DNA from: Escherichia coli
GTDB lineage: Bacteria > Pseudomonadota > Gammaproteobacteria > Enterobacterales > Enterobacteriaceae
Direction: 5' to 3' (one strand)
NCBI RefSeq assembly: GCF_013122565.1
Contig: NZ_CP053258.1
DNA: 64,000 nucleotides
The notes under the pieces were generated by a model, which saw only the letters and a list, made by a program, of their open reading frames with translations, was not told the origin of the DNA and did not search any database. Shown here piece by piece: positions 12,055 to 23,744 of this stretch (position 1 is its first letter; each line of letters starts with the position of its first letter). A program made the translations under genes and the position numbers.

Positions 12055-14331
12055 TTAATGCGCTGCTTCCGCCTTGTGCTTTTGTGCACTCTGGAATCCG
12101 TAAGTCAGCTCATTTTTCTCTTTATCCAGCGCGACGGTGACCTGACCGCCGTCCACCAGCGAACCAAACAACAGTTCGTTGGCGAGCGGTTTTTTCAGGT
12201 TGTCCTGGATGACACGCGCCATCGGACGTGCGCCCATTGCCCGGTCGTAACCTTTCTCGGCCAGCCAGTTACGCGCTTCCTGGCTCACTTCCAGAGAAAC
12301 ACCTTTCTGATCCAGCTGAACCTGCAACTCGACGATGAATTTATCCACCACCTGATGGATCACGTCAGTTGACAGATGATCGAACCAGATAATGTTGTCG
12401 AGACGGTTACGAAATTCCGGTGTAAAGATCTTCTTGATCTCTTCCATCGCATCGGTGCTGTTATCCTGGTGGATAAGACCAATGGATTTGCGCTCAGTTT
12501 CCCGTACCCCGGCGTTAGTGGTCATCACCAGCACCACGTTACGGAAGTCCGCTTTGCGTCCGTTGTTATCGGTCAGCGTACCGTTGTCCATCACCTGCAA
12601 CAGAATATTGAACACGTCCGGATGCGCTTTCTCGATTTCGTCCAGCAGCAGCACCGCATGTGGATGCTTGATTACCGCATCGGTCAGCAAACCGCCCTGA
12701 TCAAAACCAACGTATCCCGGAGGCGCACCAATCAGACGGCTGACGGTATGGCGTTCCATATACTCGGACATATCAAAGCGCAGCAGCTCAATGCCCAACG
12801 CTTTCGAAAGCTGTACCGTCACCTCTGTTTTCCCGACCCCGGTAGGGCCGGCAAACAGGAACGAACCGACCGGTTTATGTTCGTGACCTAAACCTGCACG
12901 AGCCATCTTAATGGCTTCAGTCAGCGCCTCAATGGCATTATCCTGACCGAAGACCAGCATTTTCAGGCGATCGCCGAGGTTTTTCAGGGTATCACGATCA
13001 CTCTGAGAAACACTCTTCTCTGGAATGCGTGCAATACGGGCCACCACGGACTCAATATCCGCCACATTTACGGTTTTCTTGCGTTTGCTTACCGGCATCA
13101 GGCGTGCGCGAGCGCCCGCTTCGTCGATAACATCAATCGCTTTATCCGGCAGATGACGATCGTTAATGTATTTCACCGCCAGCTCTACCGCCGCACGCAC
13201 CGCTTTTGCGGTATAACGCACGTCGTGGTGCGCTTCATACTTCGGTTTCAGGCCATTGATGATTTGAACAGTTTCTTCGATCGACGGTTCAGTAATATCA
13301 ATTTTCTGGAAGCGACGCGCCAGAGCACGGTCTTTCTCGAAAATGTTGCTGAACTCCTGATAGGTTGTCGAACCAATTACGCGAATTTTACCGCTGGAGA
13401 GCAACGGTTTGATCAGGTTAGCCGCATCGACCTGACCACCAGACGCTGCACCCGCACCGATAATGGTGTGGATCTCATCAATAAACAGGATGCTGTTAGT
13501 GTCCTGCTCCAGCTGCTTGAGCAACGCTTTAAAACGTTTTTCAAAGTCGCCGCGATATTTTGTGCCCGCTAACAGAGAACCGATATCGAGAGAATAAATC
13601 GTACAGTCAGCCATCACTTCCGGCACATCACCCTGAACAATTCGCCAGGCAAGACCTTCTGCAATCGCGGTTTTACCGACACCAGACTCCCCCACCAGCA
13701 GCGGGTTGTTTTTACGGCGACGGCAGAGAACCTGAATAGCACGCTCCAGCTCTTTCTCACGACCAATCAGTGGGTCGATTCCGCCCACACGCGCAAGCTG
13801 GTTCAGGTTCGTCGTGAAATTCTCCATACGTTCCTCCCCACCAGCTTGTTCTTCGCTGTTTGGCTGGCTGCCAGGATCAGAAGACTGTGTCGGCTCGTCT
13901 TTACGCGTGCCATGAGAGATAAAGTTCACCACATCGAGACGGCTGACTTCATGTTTACGCAACAGATATGCCGCCTGCGACTCCTGTTCGCTAAAGATAG
14001 CGACCAGAACGTTTGCACCGGTAACCTCATTGCGACCGGAGGACTGGACATGGAAGACCGCACGTTGCAGTACACGCTGAAAACTCAGCGTCGGCTGTGT
14101 GTCGCGCTCCTCTTCACTGGCAGGCAGAACGGGTGTGGTTTGTTCAATAAAGGCTTCCAGTTCCTGACGGAGCGCAACCAAATCCACAGAACACGCTTCC
14201 AGCGCCTCCCGGGCAGATGGGTTACTGAGCAGCGCCAGTAACAAGTGCTCGACGGTCATAAACTCATGACGGTGCTCGCGCGCTCTGGCGAAAGCCATAT
14301 TTAAACTGAGTTCCAGTTCTTGATTGAGCAT
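12055..14331 (-). CDS. clpA: ATP-dependent Clp protease ATP-binding subunit ClpA (758 aa)
   Basis: ORF 12055..14346; [35 protein letters not shown] from ATG at 14329-14331 with upstream ggaggtg; two AAA+ Walker A motifs ([16 protein letters not shown]). Confidence 0.95.
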   Translation of the reverse strand: MLNQELELSLNMAFARAREHRHEFMTVEHLLLALLSNPSAREALEACSVDLVALRQELEAFIEQTTPVLPASEEERDTQPTLSFQRVLQRAVFHVQSSGRNEVTGANVLVAIFSEQESQAAYLLRKHEVSRLDVVNFISHGTRKDEPTQSSDPGSQPNSEEQAGGEERMENFTTNLNQLARVGGIDPLIGREKELERAIQVLCRRRKNNPLLVGESGVGKTAIAEGLAWRIVQGDVPEVMADCTIYSLDIGSLLAGTKYRGDFEKRFKALLKQLEQDTNSILFIDEIHTIIGAGAASGGQVDAANLIKPLLSSGKIRVIGSTTYQEFSNIFEKDRALARRFQKIDITEPSIEETVQIINGLKPKYEAHHDVRYTAKAVRAAVELAVKYINDRHLPDKAIDVIDEAGARARLMPVSKRKKTVNVADIESVVARIARIPEKSVSQSDRDTLKNLGDRLKMLVFGQDNAIEALTEAIKMARAGLGHEHKPVGSFLFAGPTGVGKTEVTVQLSKALGIELLRFDMSEYMERHTVSRLIGAPPGYVGFDQGGLLTDAVIKHPHAVLLLDEIEKAHPDVFNILLQVMDNGTLTDNNGRKADFRNVVLVMTTNAGVRETERKSIGLIHQDNSTDAMEEIKKIFTPEFRNRLDNIIWFDHLSTDVIHQVVDKFIVELQVQLDQKGVSLEVSQEARNWLAEKGYDRAMGARPMARVIQDNLKKPLANELLFGSLVDGGQVTVALDKEKNELTYGFQSAQKHKAEAAH

Positions 14332-14361
14332 AGGCACCTCCCCCAATTTTTATGCCTGCAT

Positions 14362-14682
14362 TCAGGCTTTTTCTAGCGTACACAGCAATGGATGCTCATT
14401 CTCCCTCGCGTACTTGTTCACCATCGCCACTTTGGTTTCTGCAACCTCGGCGGTAAAGACTCCGCAAATGGCCTTCCCCTGGTAGTGAACAGCGAGCATC
14501 AATTGCGTTGCACGTTCTACATCATAAGAAAAGAATTTTTGTAACACGTCAATAACAAACTCCATCGGAGTGTAATCATCATTGACTAATATCACTTTAT
14601 ACATAGATGGCGGTTTTAGCGCGTCGCGAACTTTTTCTTCCGCCAGTTGATCAAAGTCCAGCCAGTCGTTCGTTTTACCCAT
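14362..14682 (-). CDS. clpS: Clp adaptor ClpS (106 aa)
   Basis: [51 protein letters not shown]. Confidence 0.95.
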
Positions 14683-15004
14683 TGTCAGTTATCATCTTCG
14701 GTTACGGTTATCGGCAGAACGCCCTGCCGCTGACAAGAGCTTATTTGCCTGACCAATCTACTCCATATGATAGATAACTATCATCTATCGTTGGCATCAG
14801 CGACATCTGTCACATTCCTGTCAATAGCGTTAACTGCTTCAAATTTTTGATTCATACCTGCCCCCTGGCCCCTGTCAAATGCTTGACGGCTCGCCCTAAT
14901 TCTCTAAATTGTATTTCTAGAGTTGGCGAGGTTTTGAACAGCCCCCTCTCTGACCCCGGTTTATTCCATCTTACTTGTATAAGATTTGCGAAGGATGTCG
15001 AAGC

Positions 15005-15229
15005 ATGGAAAAGGGTACTGTTAAGTGGTTCAACAATGCCAAAGGGTTTGGTTTCATCTGCCCTGAAGGCGGCGGCGAAGATATTTTCGCTCATTATTCC
15101 ACCATTCAGATGGATGGTTACAGAACGCTAAAAGCTGGACAATCGGTTCAGTTTGATGTCCACCAGGGGCCAAAAGGCAATCACGCCAGTGTTATTGTGC
15201 CCGTCGAAGTAGAAGCGGCAGTCGCATAG
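15005..15229 (+). CDS. cspD: Cold-shock-like protein CspD (74 aa)
   Basis: ORF 14975..15229; MEKGTVKWFNNAKGFGFICPEGGGEDIFAHYSTIQMDGYRTLKAGQSVQFDV from ATG at 15005. Confidence 0.95.
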   Translation: MEKGTVKWFNNAKGFGFICPEGGGEDIFAHYSTIQMDGYRTLKAGQSVQFDVHQGPKGNHASVIVPVEVEAAVA

Positions 15230-15261
15230 CTCTTCTGTCTCATTGTGTACATCCTAAAGGC

Positions 15262-15292
15262 AAAATGCCAGCCCGATCGGCTGGCATTTTTA
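15262..15292. terminator. Bidirectional terminator between convergent cspD and macB
   Basis: aaaa-tgccagcc-gatc-ggctggca-ttttt. Confidence 0.75.
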
Positions 15293-15301
15293 TCTCAAAA
15301 A

Positions 15302-17248
15302 TTACTCTCGTGCCAGAGCATCTACTGGATCCAGTCGTGCCGCATTTCGTGCGGGTAACCAGCCAAATAAAATCCCGGTGACCGTCGAGCAGAGAAACGC
15401 CAGCAGCAGCGCCAACGGTGAAAAACCAATCTCCCAGCCGGGTAAGAAAAGCTGTAAGGTGAAAGCAATTAACAGTGACAGTGTTATTCCCAACGCGCCA
15501 CCGACCAGGCAAACCAGTACGGCTTCGATCAGGAACTGTTGCAAAACATCGCTTGCTCGCGCACCTACAGCCATGCGAATGCCAATTTCCCGCGTCCGCT
15601 CGGTCACTGACACCAGCATAATATTCATTACACCAATACCGCCCACCACCAGCGAAATCACCGCCACCAGCGTCAGAAACAGTTGTAAAGTACGTGTGGT
15701 CTTTTCAACAGTTTTCAAGACGCCGTCCATGTTCCAGGTAAAGAAATCCTTCTTACCGTGGCGCAGTGAAAGTAAACGCGTGAGTTGCTGTTCCGCCTCG
15801 GCGCTGTCAAATCCTTCTTTTACCCTGACAGTAATGGAGTTAAGCCACGACTGGCCCATAACTCGCCCGGACATCGTGCTGTAAGGTAGCCAGACACGCA
15901 GCACTTTACTGCTACCAAACATCGACTGTTTTTCTTCCGCCACACCAATGACTCTGGCGGGCATGTTTCCGACCAGAATCACCTCGCCAACCACATCGGC
16001 TTTATGGGGGAAAAGCTGGCGGCGAGTATTACTGTCGAGAACCACGACCTGCGCACGACCGTTCAGCTGCTCCTGATTAAAGGTGTTCCCTTCACTGAAG
16101 GTCATGCCATAGACATTAAAATAATCGCCGCTCACGCCATTGGCACTGGCAGCAACATCAACATTGTTATAACGCAGGCGCAGGTTTTGCGAGACGGCAG
16201 GTGTGGCTGAAGCGACCCACGGTTGTTTTTGGATGGCGATTAAGTCATCGTACTTCAGCGCCTGCTGATATTGCGGATCGTCATCGCCAAAATCTTTCCC
16301 GGGATAGACATCAATAGTATTCGTACCAATAGAACGAATATCCGCCAGCACCATTTGTTTGGCGGCGTCGCCCACCACGACAATGGAAACCACCGACGCA
16401 ATACCGATTATAATCCCCAGCATGGTCAGTAAAGTACGCATTTTATTCGCTGCCAGCGCCCGCCATGCCATCGTCAGCGCCTCATTAAAACCGCTGACAA
16501 ACTGCCGCCAGCCAGACGCCGTGTTGACAACAGGTTCCGTCCCGCCAGCAACATTCACTTGTTCAATGGCGGGAGGATTGCGCACAATTTCTCCGTCGCG
16601 AATTTCGATCACCCGCTCGGCCTGAGCAGCGACCTGCGGATCGTGGGTGACGATAATCACCGTATGCCCGCGATCACGCAGCTGATGCAGGATCGCCATC
16701 ACCTCTTCGCCAGAATGGCTGTCCAGTGCGCCGGTCGGTTCATCGGCAAGAATTACCTGACCGCCGTTCATCAATGCCCGCGCGATGCTGACGCGCTGTT
16801 GCTGACCACCCGAAAGCTGTGCCGGATAATACTCTGTACGGTCTTCCAGCCCCAGTCGTTGCAGCAACTCCTGGGCGCGAAGCAGCCGCTGTTTCCGCTC
16901 AAGACCAGCATAGACGGCAGGTACTTCAACGTTCTGCTCGGCGGTTAAATGTGAAAGCAAATGGTAACGCTGGAAAATAAAGCCGAAATGCTCGCGGCGC
17001 AGTTGTGCCAGCTCATCGGCGTCCAGCGTGGCAACATCCTGACCGGCTACGCGATAGGTGCCGCTGGTGGCCTTATCCAGGCAGCCGAGAATATTCATCA
17101 GGGTCGATTTACCGGAACCCGAAGCGCCGACAATCGCTACCATCTCACCGGCATAAATATCGAGGGTGATGCCCTTCAGCACCTCAACCTGCTCATCACC
17201 GGCAGGATAGCTGCGACGAATATCCTTTAATTCGAGCAAGGGTGTCAT
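15302..17248 (-). CDS. macB: Macrolide export ABC transporter MacB (648 aa)
   Basis: N-terminal ABC domain ([24 protein letters not shown]) plus C-terminal FtsX-like permease; length matches MacB. Confidence 0.93.
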   Translation of the reverse strand: MTPLLELKDIRRSYPAGDEQVEVLKGITLDIYAGEMVAIVGASGSGKSTLMNILGCLDKATSGTYRVAGQDVATLDADELAQLRREHFGFIFQRYHLLSHLTAEQNVEVPAVYAGLERKQRLLRAQELLQRLGLEDRTEYYPAQLSGGQQQRVSIARALMNGGQVILADEPTGALDSHSGEEVMAILHQLRDRGHTVIIVTHDPQVAAQAERVIEIRDGEIVRNPPAIEQVNVAGGTEPVVNTASGWRQFVSGFNEALTMAWRALAANKMRTLLTMLGIIIGIASVVSIVVVGDAAKQMVLADIRSIGTNTIDVYPGKDFGDDDPQYQQALKYDDLIAIQKQPWVASATPAVSQNLRLRYNNVDVAASANGVSGDYFNVYGMTFSEGNTFNQEQLNGRAQVVVLDSNTRRQLFPHKADVVGEVILVGNMPARVIGVAEEKQSMFGSSKVLRVWLPYSTMSGRVMGQSWLNSITVRVKEGFDSAEAEQQLTRLLSLRHGKKDFFTWNMDGVLKTVEKTTRTLQLFLTLVAVISLVVGGIGVMNIMLVSVTERTREIGIRMAVGARASDVLQQFLIEAVLVCLVGGALGITLSLLIAFTLQLFLPGWEIGFSPLALLLAFLCSTVTGILFGWLPARNAARLDPVDALARE

Positions 17249-18360
17249 TGCGCAGCTCCTGGTTTGGCCTCACCAATCACCACTTCATCGCCCGCTTCCA
17301 GCCCTTTGACAATCTCAACATCGGTATCGTTACGTGCGCCAATCGTCACTTCACGCTCGCGTGTTTCACCATTACGCAACAATTTGACTTTATAACGATT
17401 ATCGCCAACCGGATCGCCTAACGCCGACAGAGGGATCGTCAGCACATTTTTCACATCGGTGAGCTGAATATGCACTTGCGCAGTCATATCCAGCCGCAGC
17501 AAACCATTGGGGTTGGGGACTTCAAAACGGGCGTAATAGAAAATAGCGTCGTTAACCTTTTCCGGCGTCGGTAGTACATCCTTGATTTGCCCCTCGTAGC
17601 GCGTCAGTGGATCGCCAAGTACCGTAAACCAGGCTTTTTGCCCCGGCTTCAGGTGGATTACATCTGCTTCAGAAACCTGCGCTTTTACCAGCATGGTGCT
17701 CATATCTGCCAGCGTCAGAATGTTCGGTGCTTGTTGTGCGGCAATCACCGTCTGGCCTTGCAGAGTGGTGATTTGCGTGACTTCCCCGGCCATCGGGGCA
17801 ACGATGCGAGTGTAATCGAGATTGGTTTTAGCCGTATCGAGAGAAGCCTGATTGCGCTTGATTTGCGCGTCAATGGTGCCAATTTGCGCCTGTTTCACAG
17901 CCATCTCCGTCGCGGCGGTGTCGAGATCCTGCTGTGAAACCGCCTGCGTTTGTGCAAGACGTTGCTGACGGGAATATGTCACCCGCGCCAGTTTCAGCTC
18001 CGCTTCCGCCTGCTGCCGCTGCGCGCGTAGCTCCATCAGCGTTGCTTCCACCTCCTTGATCTGGTTTTCAGCCTGTTCAGGATCAATAACCCCTAAAAGC
18101 TGGTCTTTTTTAACTTTATCGCCAATCGCCACCGACAGCGTTTTCAACTGACCGCTGACCTGCGCGCCCACGTCAACCTTACGCAGCGCGTCCAGCTTTC
18201 CGGTCGCCAGCACGCTTTGCTGTAAATCACCGGGGCGCACAATCAGCGTCTGATAAGTCGGAACGGGTGCGTTAAGAATTCTCCATAACGTAATCAGTCC
18301 GGCGATGACTATCACCAGCGCAATAACGTAACGCTTCTTCACGGTTTTCCGCTTTTTCAT
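17245..18360 (-). CDS. macA: Macrolide efflux periplasmic adaptor MacA (371 aa)
   Basis: ORF 17245..18387; [18 protein letters not shown] from ATG at 18358-18360; ATGA overlap with macB start. Confidence 0.92.
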   Translation of the reverse strand: MKKRKTVKKRYVIALVIVIAGLITLWRILNAPVPTYQTLIVRPGDLQQSVLATGKLDALRKVDVGAQVSGQLKTLSVAIGDKVKKDQLLGVIDPEQAENQIKEVEATLMELRAQRQQAEAELKLARVTYSRQQRLAQTQAVSQQDLDTAATEMAVKQAQIGTIDAQIKRNQASLDTAKTNLDYTRIVAPMAGEVTQITTLQGQTVIAAQQAPNILTLADMSTMLVKAQVSEADVIHLKPGQKAWFTVLGDPLTRYEGQIKDVLPTPEKVNDAIFYYARFEVPNPNGLLRLDMTAQVHIQLTDVKNVLTIPLSALGDPVGDNRYKVKLLRNGETREREVTIGARNDTDVEIVKGLEAGDEVVIGEAKPGAAQ

Positions 18361-18474
18361 AAATATTCTGAATACTCCATATGCCAATCCGGGTCATTAA
18401 CTTCAACGAAATATCAACAAAACCCTAAAATTTACGTTAGTAATCACACTATTGATGTTTGGTTAAGATACGCA

Positions 18475-19467
18475 ATGATGAAATCGACGTCATGTACAAC
18501 CATTGATTTCATGAATATGTCGCAGCTAACTGAACGGACCTTTACGCCATCTGAATCTCGCAGCAGCCTGTCACTTTTTCTTAGTCTGGCACGTGGACAG
18601 TGTCGGCCGGGTAAATTCTGGCATCGCCGTAGTTTTCGCCAGAAATTTTTGCTGCGCTCGTTGATTATGCCGCGTTTAAGCGTTGAGTGGATGAACGAAC
18701 TTTCACACTGGCCTAATCTCAATGTGTTGTTAACGCGCCAGCCGCGACTGCCTGTACGTCTGCATCGCCCTTACCTTGCGGCGAATCTTAGCCGTAAGCA
18801 ATTGCTGGAGGCGTTACGTTACCATTATGCGTTACTCCGCGGGTGTATGTCGGCGGAAGAATTCAGCTTATATTTGAATACCCCCGGGCTGCAACTGGTG
18901 AAGCTGGAAGGCAAAAACGGCGAGCAGTTCACGCTTGAGCTGACCATGATGATCTCAATGGATAAAGAAGGTGACAGCACAATCCTGTTCCGCAACAGCG
19001 AAGGTATTCCTCTGGCAGAGATCACGTTTACCCTGTGTGAATATCAGGGGAAAAGAACGATGTTTATTGGCGGACTGCAAGGCGCAAAATGGGAAATCCC
19101 ACATCAGGAAATCCAGAATGCGACGAAAGCCTGCCACGGGCTATTTCCCAAACGCCTCGTGATGGAAGCGGCCTGTCTGTTTGCCCAACGTTTGCAGGTA
19201 GAGCAGATTATTGCCGTCAGCAATGAAACGCATATTTACCGCAGCCTGCGTTATCGCGATAAAGAAGGCAAGATCCATGCCGATTACAACGCTTTCTGGG
19301 AATCGGTTGGCGGCGTATGTGATGCTGAACGCCATTACCGCCTTCCAGCACAGATAGCACGAAAAGAGATTGCCGAAATCGCCAGTAAAAAACGGGCTGA
19401 ATACCGTCGGCGCTATGAGATGCTCGACGCTATTCAGCCACAAATGGCCACGATGTTTCGCGGTTAA
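18475..19467 (+). CDS. ybjX: VirK/YbjX family protein (330 aa)
   Basis: ORF track protein, divergent from macA as in K-12; start codon not independently verified. Confidence 0.8.
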   Translation: MMKSTSCTTIDFMNMSQLTERTFTPSESRSSLSLFLSLARGQCRPGKFWHRRSFRQKFLLRSLIMPRLSVEWMNELSHWPNLNVLLTRQPRLPVRLHRPYLAANLSRKQLLEALRYHYALLRGCMSAEEFSLYLNTPGLQLVKLEGKNGEQFTLELTMMISMDKEGDSTILFRNSEGIPLAEITFTLCEYQGKRTMFIGGLQGAKWEIPHQEIQNATKACHGLFPKRLVMEAACLFAQRLQVEQIIAVSNETHIYRSLRYRDKEGKIHADYNAFWESVGGVCDAERHYRLPAQIARKEIAEIASKKRAEYRRRYEMLDAIQPQMATMFRG

Positions 19468-21122
19468 TCCGCGCGACCGCGCGCCAGCCACAGCACGCGT
19501 GAGAACATTTTTTTCAGCAGCGTCGGTACGGAGTCCACACCACGACGTCCGGCCTCCATTGCCACTTCAATGGCAAGATCGGGTTTGGAAGAGCGATGGA
19601 TCGCTTTCGAGATAATTTTGCGCAGATTCATCGGTACATTTTCCGGGATTTGCGCCACGCGGTGGAACACATCGGAAAATCCCTGGCGATACATAAAATG
19701 TTCCATATCCAGCGCCGGTAACGCCGTTAAATGTTCTCGTTCGGCTTCCCGATCATTATTCAACAGGCTGCGTACCGTAGCGGCATATTTCTTCCCTGCT
19801 TCATCGCCATCGACCAGTACATGCCATTCAATCCCCATTCGCCGGGCAAATTTAACCAGTGGCTTTAGCCCGGACTGGGCAAACTCAATGACCTTGATCC
19901 CTTCGGCATCAAAATGATGTCCGCACTGACGCGCCAGTTCATTTATAACCCAGGTTTCCGTTTCCCCTTCCACCAGCAACCAGCAGCGAGCAAACAGCGA
20001 TGACGGACGATTAAAACGAATGTGAAAAGAGATGCGGCGGCTGTCTTCGGTGCTCAAGCCACTTGGCCCCAGACGCCAGGCGGCAACACGAGAAGATTCA
20101 CGCACCAGGCGGCAAACATGTTCCACTGGAGTTAACGAAAGCAGCTCGCCAGAGTTGGTGGTAGCAATACGTTGTAAAGGCAAAAGATTCAACAGATGCC
20201 AGGCAACTGAAAGCATAATGGGGTGTAAACGCGTTTCTGGATCTTCGATCAGCAACAATGGACGGGCGTCTTTATCCAGTCGCAATGTGCCTTTTGCCTG
20301 CAATAAAGTAGCAAACAGGCCGAGCAAAATAACCCGATACGAGCGCCCTCCAGGTCGGTCAATCATCCGGTTGATGATGTCCAGATAGCGCCAGCTTCGT
20401 TGCTCATTGCTGGCCCGCCGCCGCATTAAACGATATCGCGCCTGTCCAGCCCCCTGCTCAGAGAAATAATGCTCAAGCAACTGCACCATTGCGGAAAGTC
20501 CCTGACGAATCTGTCCATCAGAGAGATTTTGCGGATGTGAGGACAACTCACGGGCGAGGAAATCGAGCTGGCGCGCGGTGACTTCCACATTGGGGACATT
20601 TGGCACCGTGCCGTTACGAATACGGCGCATAAAACGGGCATCACGCAAGCGCAGCACCGGCATTAAACGCACCAGATGGCGTGCCTGATCGTTAATATCC
20701 TCAACATCAATCGGATGTCCGTCTTTATCGAGAAAACTGCGCAGTGTCATCACGCTGCCGTCTTCCGCACTCTCCCCTTCCAGACGATAAAAAATACGGT
20801 GATAGCCATCGGTGCATGGCGTCCAGCACGCTTCCAGCGGTCGATAGCGGCGAACCCGATGTCGGCCTGGCAGCGATTCGCGGAAGGTCAAAATAATATG
20901 CAGATGATGTTCCCGACCGTTGATATCTCCCGGCGGGAACCAGAAATCGTCGCGCTCAAAATGGTAGAGATCTGATTCTGGCGATAGCAGCAGGGTTAAG
21001 GCGTCCAGCAAGCTGGATTTACCCCACGCGTTCTCCCCAATCAGGACGTTGTTTTGTTCCAGCATCAACGACAAACGGTTGATACCGCGAAAACCCACAA
21101 TTTCAACGCGCTCAAGAATCAT
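19464..21122 (-). CDS. ybjD: OLD-family ATP-dependent endonuclease YbjD (552 aa)
   Basis: MILERVEIVGFRGINRLSLMLEQNNVLIGENAWGKSSLLDALTLLL (ABC-ATPase Walker A) with C-terminal Toprim-like region; 4-nt convergent overlap with ybjX. Confidence 0.88.
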   Translation of the reverse strand: MILERVEIVGFRGINRLSLMLEQNNVLIGENAWGKSSLLDALTLLLSPESDLYHFERDDFWFPPGDINGREHHLHIILTFRESLPGRHRVRRYRPLEACWTPCTDGYHRIFYRLEGESAEDGSVMTLRSFLDKDGHPIDVEDINDQARHLVRLMPVLRLRDARFMRRIRNGTVPNVPNVEVTARQLDFLARELSSHPQNLSDGQIRQGLSAMVQLLEHYFSEQGAGQARYRLMRRRASNEQRSWRYLDIINRMIDRPGGRSYRVILLGLFATLLQAKGTLRLDKDARPLLLIEDPETRLHPIMLSVAWHLLNLLPLQRIATTNSGELLSLTPVEHVCRLVRESSRVAAWRLGPSGLSTEDSRRISFHIRFNRPSSLFARCWLLVEGETETWVINELARQCGHHFDAEGIKVIEFAQSGLKPLVKFARRMGIEWHVLVDGDEAGKKYAATVRSLLNNDREAEREHLTALPALDMEHFMYRQGFSDVFHRVAQIPENVPMNLRKIISKAIHRSSKPDLAIEVAMEAGRRGVDSVPTLLKKMFSRVLWLARGRAD

Positions 21123-21547
21123 ATCCCCTCCAGAAATATGTGACTTATCCTTTACGCTGGCAGTATAACGGGAAAGGCCTTGCTAATACGTGATGACATC
21201 ACATTTAAGCATGGCAAATGTCTGAAAAATGAGCGAATAATCGCGTTATACTCCCTCTTGCTGATAAGTCTGCAAAAACAACAAAATCAAATAATTAGCA
21301 TGATAAATTATTTTTTATTACGCCTAAAGGATTAAATCTTTTGCTTGCACTACACTGTCAATCAGACAAATGACTATATGGGGCAACCCGCTGTTGCCCT
21401 AAATCAAATTTACTGGATTTATTTATCTGGTGAATGGCTCACCTTCGTTTTTAAAATAGCCGCGCATTATTTCCGTCGTCACTTATTTACGACGACCCTA
21501 TATAACGACCATATTTTTCACAGGGTCAATTTTTAATTGAGGTGGAT

Positions 21548-22243
21548 ATGTTCAGAAAATTAGCAGCTGAATGTTTTGGTACTTTCTGGCTTGTTTTTGG
21601 TGGCTGTGGTAGTGCTATTCTGGCCGCAGGCTTCCCGGAATTAGGCATCGGTTTTGCCGGCGTGGCGCTGGCATTCGGTTTGACCGTTCTGACGATGGCC
21701 TTTGCTGTTGGTCACATTTCTGGTGGTCATTTTAACCCGGCGGTCACTATTGGTTTATGGGCTGGCGGACGTTTTCCGGCAAAAGAAGTCGTTGGCTACG
21801 TAATTGCCCAAGTTGTCGGCGGTATTGTTGCAGCGGCGCTGCTGTATTTAATTGCCAGTGGTAAAACGGGTTTTGACGCGGCAGCCAGCGGTTTTGCTTC
21901 TAACGGTTATGGCGAGCATTCACCAGGCGGTTATTCCATGCTTTCCGCGCTGGTAGTTGAACTGGTATTGAGTGCAGGTTTCCTGTTGGTGATCCACGGC
22001 GCAACCGACAAATTCGCTCCGGCAGGTTTTGCGCCGATCGCGATTGGTCTGGCCTTAACCCTGATTCACTTAATCAGTATTCCGGTGACTAACACTTCTG
22101 TTAACCCGGCGCGCAGCACCGCGGTTGCCATCTTCCAGGGCGGCTGGGCATTAGAACAACTGTGGTTCTTCTGGGTGGTGCCAATTGTCGGCGGCATTAT
22201 CGGTGGTCTGATTTACCGGACTCTACTGGAAAAGCGTAATTAA
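21548..22243 (+). CDS. aqpZ: Aquaporin Z (231 aa)
   Basis: ORF 21542..22243; [23 protein letters not shown] from ATG at 21548; two NPA motifs (HFNPAVT, VNPARS). Confidence 0.95.
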   Translation: MFRKLAAECFGTFWLVFGGCGSAILAAGFPELGIGFAGVALAFGLTVLTMAFAVGHISGGHFNPAVTIGLWAGGRFPAKEVVGYVIAQVVGGIVAAALLYLIASGKTGFDAAASGFASNGYGEHSPGGYSMLSALVVELVLSAGFLLVIHGATDKFAPAGFAPIAIGLALTLIHLISIPVTNTSVNPARSTAVAIFQGGWALEQLWFFWVVPIVGGIIGGLIYRTLLEKRN

Positions 22244-22329
22244 TTAGTATTGGCATTTTATCTGCCCTGGTTATTTTATCTTCGACGTTACAAACCGCAC
22301 GGGTGTTGGTGGCGTCAAAATCGCTGAAG

Positions 22330-22525
22330 CGTTCCCCGAAGGCCGGGGCAGCCCACATGGATGTGGGCTGAGGGCGCGTCTTACAGGGACGTTACCTCGC
22401 GCCCGACCCGGTAGCCGAAGGGGATAAGCTGAAGGTACCGCGCAGCGGCGATTTTGTTCGCCAGAGCCCGGGGGTGCAGGGGGCGGCGGCGACTGGCCGC
22501 CCCCTGCGCGCTCCCTGCGCCAGTG
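22330..22525. other. GC-rich hairpin-dense intergenic element between aqpZ and lysO (function unknown)
   Basis: Perfect palindrome gcccacat-gg-atgtgggc (22351-22368); 12-bp stem hairpin gcagggggcggc-ggcgactg-gccgccccctgc (22476-22507); further gggcgcg...cgcgccc pairings. Confidence 0.5.
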
Positions 22526-22701
22526 GCTTTATATGGCATTGCACATGAAAGGAGCGCAACAATGCTAAACGCTCATATAGAATTAAAAATCCCCCTCTGA
22601 TGCATAACATTTCCTTTTAATTGCAACTTTACTCGTCCTTCCGCTTTCAGTAGTGTGTCATCGCGCATTTCGACTTCTTTCTTTGCAAGGACTGGGTTTT
22701 C

Positions 22702-23601
22702 ATGTTTTCTGGGCTGTTAATCATTTTGGTTCCCCTGATTGTGGGTTACCTCATTCCTCTTCGCCAAAAAGCTGCATTAAGAGTTATTAATCAGCTATTA
22801 AGCTGGATGGTTTACCTCATTCTCTTTTTTATGGGTATCAGTCTGGCGTTTCTCGATAACCTCGCCAGTAACCTGTTGGCGATTCTGCATTATTCTGCCG
22901 TCAGTATTACCGTTATTTTACTGTGTAATATTGCCGCCCTGATGTGGCTGGAGCGCGGTCTGCCGTGGCGCAATCACCATCAGCAAGAAAAACTCCCATC
23001 GCGTATTGCGATGGCACTGGAGTCGCTAAAACTGTGCGGCGTAGTAGTGATTGGTTTTGCCATTGGTCTGAGTGGACTGGCTTTCTTACAACACGCGACC
23101 GAAGCCAGTGAATACACCTTAATTCTGCTACTTTTCCTCGTCGGTATTCAGTTGCGCAATAATGGCATGACCTTAAAGCAGATTGTCCTTAATCGCCGGG
23201 GAATGATTGTCGCCGTGGTGGTGGTTGTCAGTTCATTAATTGGTGGTTTAATTAACGCCTTTATTCTTGATCTCCCCATCAATACCGCGCTGGCAATGGC
23301 CTCCGGTTTCGGCTGGTATTCTCTTTCCGGTATTTTATTGACCGAATCTTTTGGTCCGGTAATCGGGAGCGCGGCGTTTTTTAATGATCTGGCCCGTGAA
23401 CTGATTGCTATTATGTTGATCCCTGGGCTGATTCGCCGCAGCCGCTCTACTGCACTGGGCTTATGCGGTGCCACATCAATGGATTTCACCCTGCCCGTTC
23501 TTCAACGTACTGGCGGACTGGATATGGTCCCGGCGGCAATTGTTCACGGTTTTATTCTTAGCCTGTTAGTGCCGATCCTCATCGCCTTTTTCTCTGCATA
23601 A
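22702..23601 (+). CDS. lysO: Lysine exporter LysO/YbjE (299 aa)
   Basis: MFSGLLIILVPLIVGYLIPLRQKAALRVINQLLSWMVYLILFFMGISLAF; multi-pass membrane protein. Confidence 0.9.
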   Translation: MFSGLLIILVPLIVGYLIPLRQKAALRVINQLLSWMVYLILFFMGISLAFLDNLASNLLAILHYSAVSITVILLCNIAALMWLERGLPWRNHHQQEKLPSRIAMALESLKLCGVVVIGFAIGLSGLAFLQHATEASEYTLILLLFLVGIQLRNNGMTLKQIVLNRRGMIVAVVVVVSSLIGGLINAFILDLPINTALAMASGFGWYSLSGILLTESFGPVIGSAAFFNDLARELIAIMLIPGLIRRSRSTALGLCGATSMDFTLPVLQRTGGLDMVPAAIVHGFILSLLVPILIAFFSA

Positions 23602-23744
23602 TACCTCTCTGGCGGTAGATCCCTGCCGCCAAAATTGCGCTAAATCAATCTCCCTTAAAGTTGCATGAAAAATCCCTTTTATCCCCGCGTTAAGCGTCTT
23701 AACCTTAAACATGTATATTAAATATAACTTTAAAAGGTGTGATC

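Noticed and set aside
12058-14241. Plus-strand ORFs antisense to clpA (12058..12372, 12376..12891, 13153..13572, 13846..14241)
   Set aside because: Antisense frames inside a well-supported gene; no independent evidence
22392-22610. ORF 22392..22610(-), 72 aa
   Set aside because: Lies in the GC-rich palindromic element; Arg/Gly/Pro-rich translation typical of GC-rich non-coding sequence; no RBS seen
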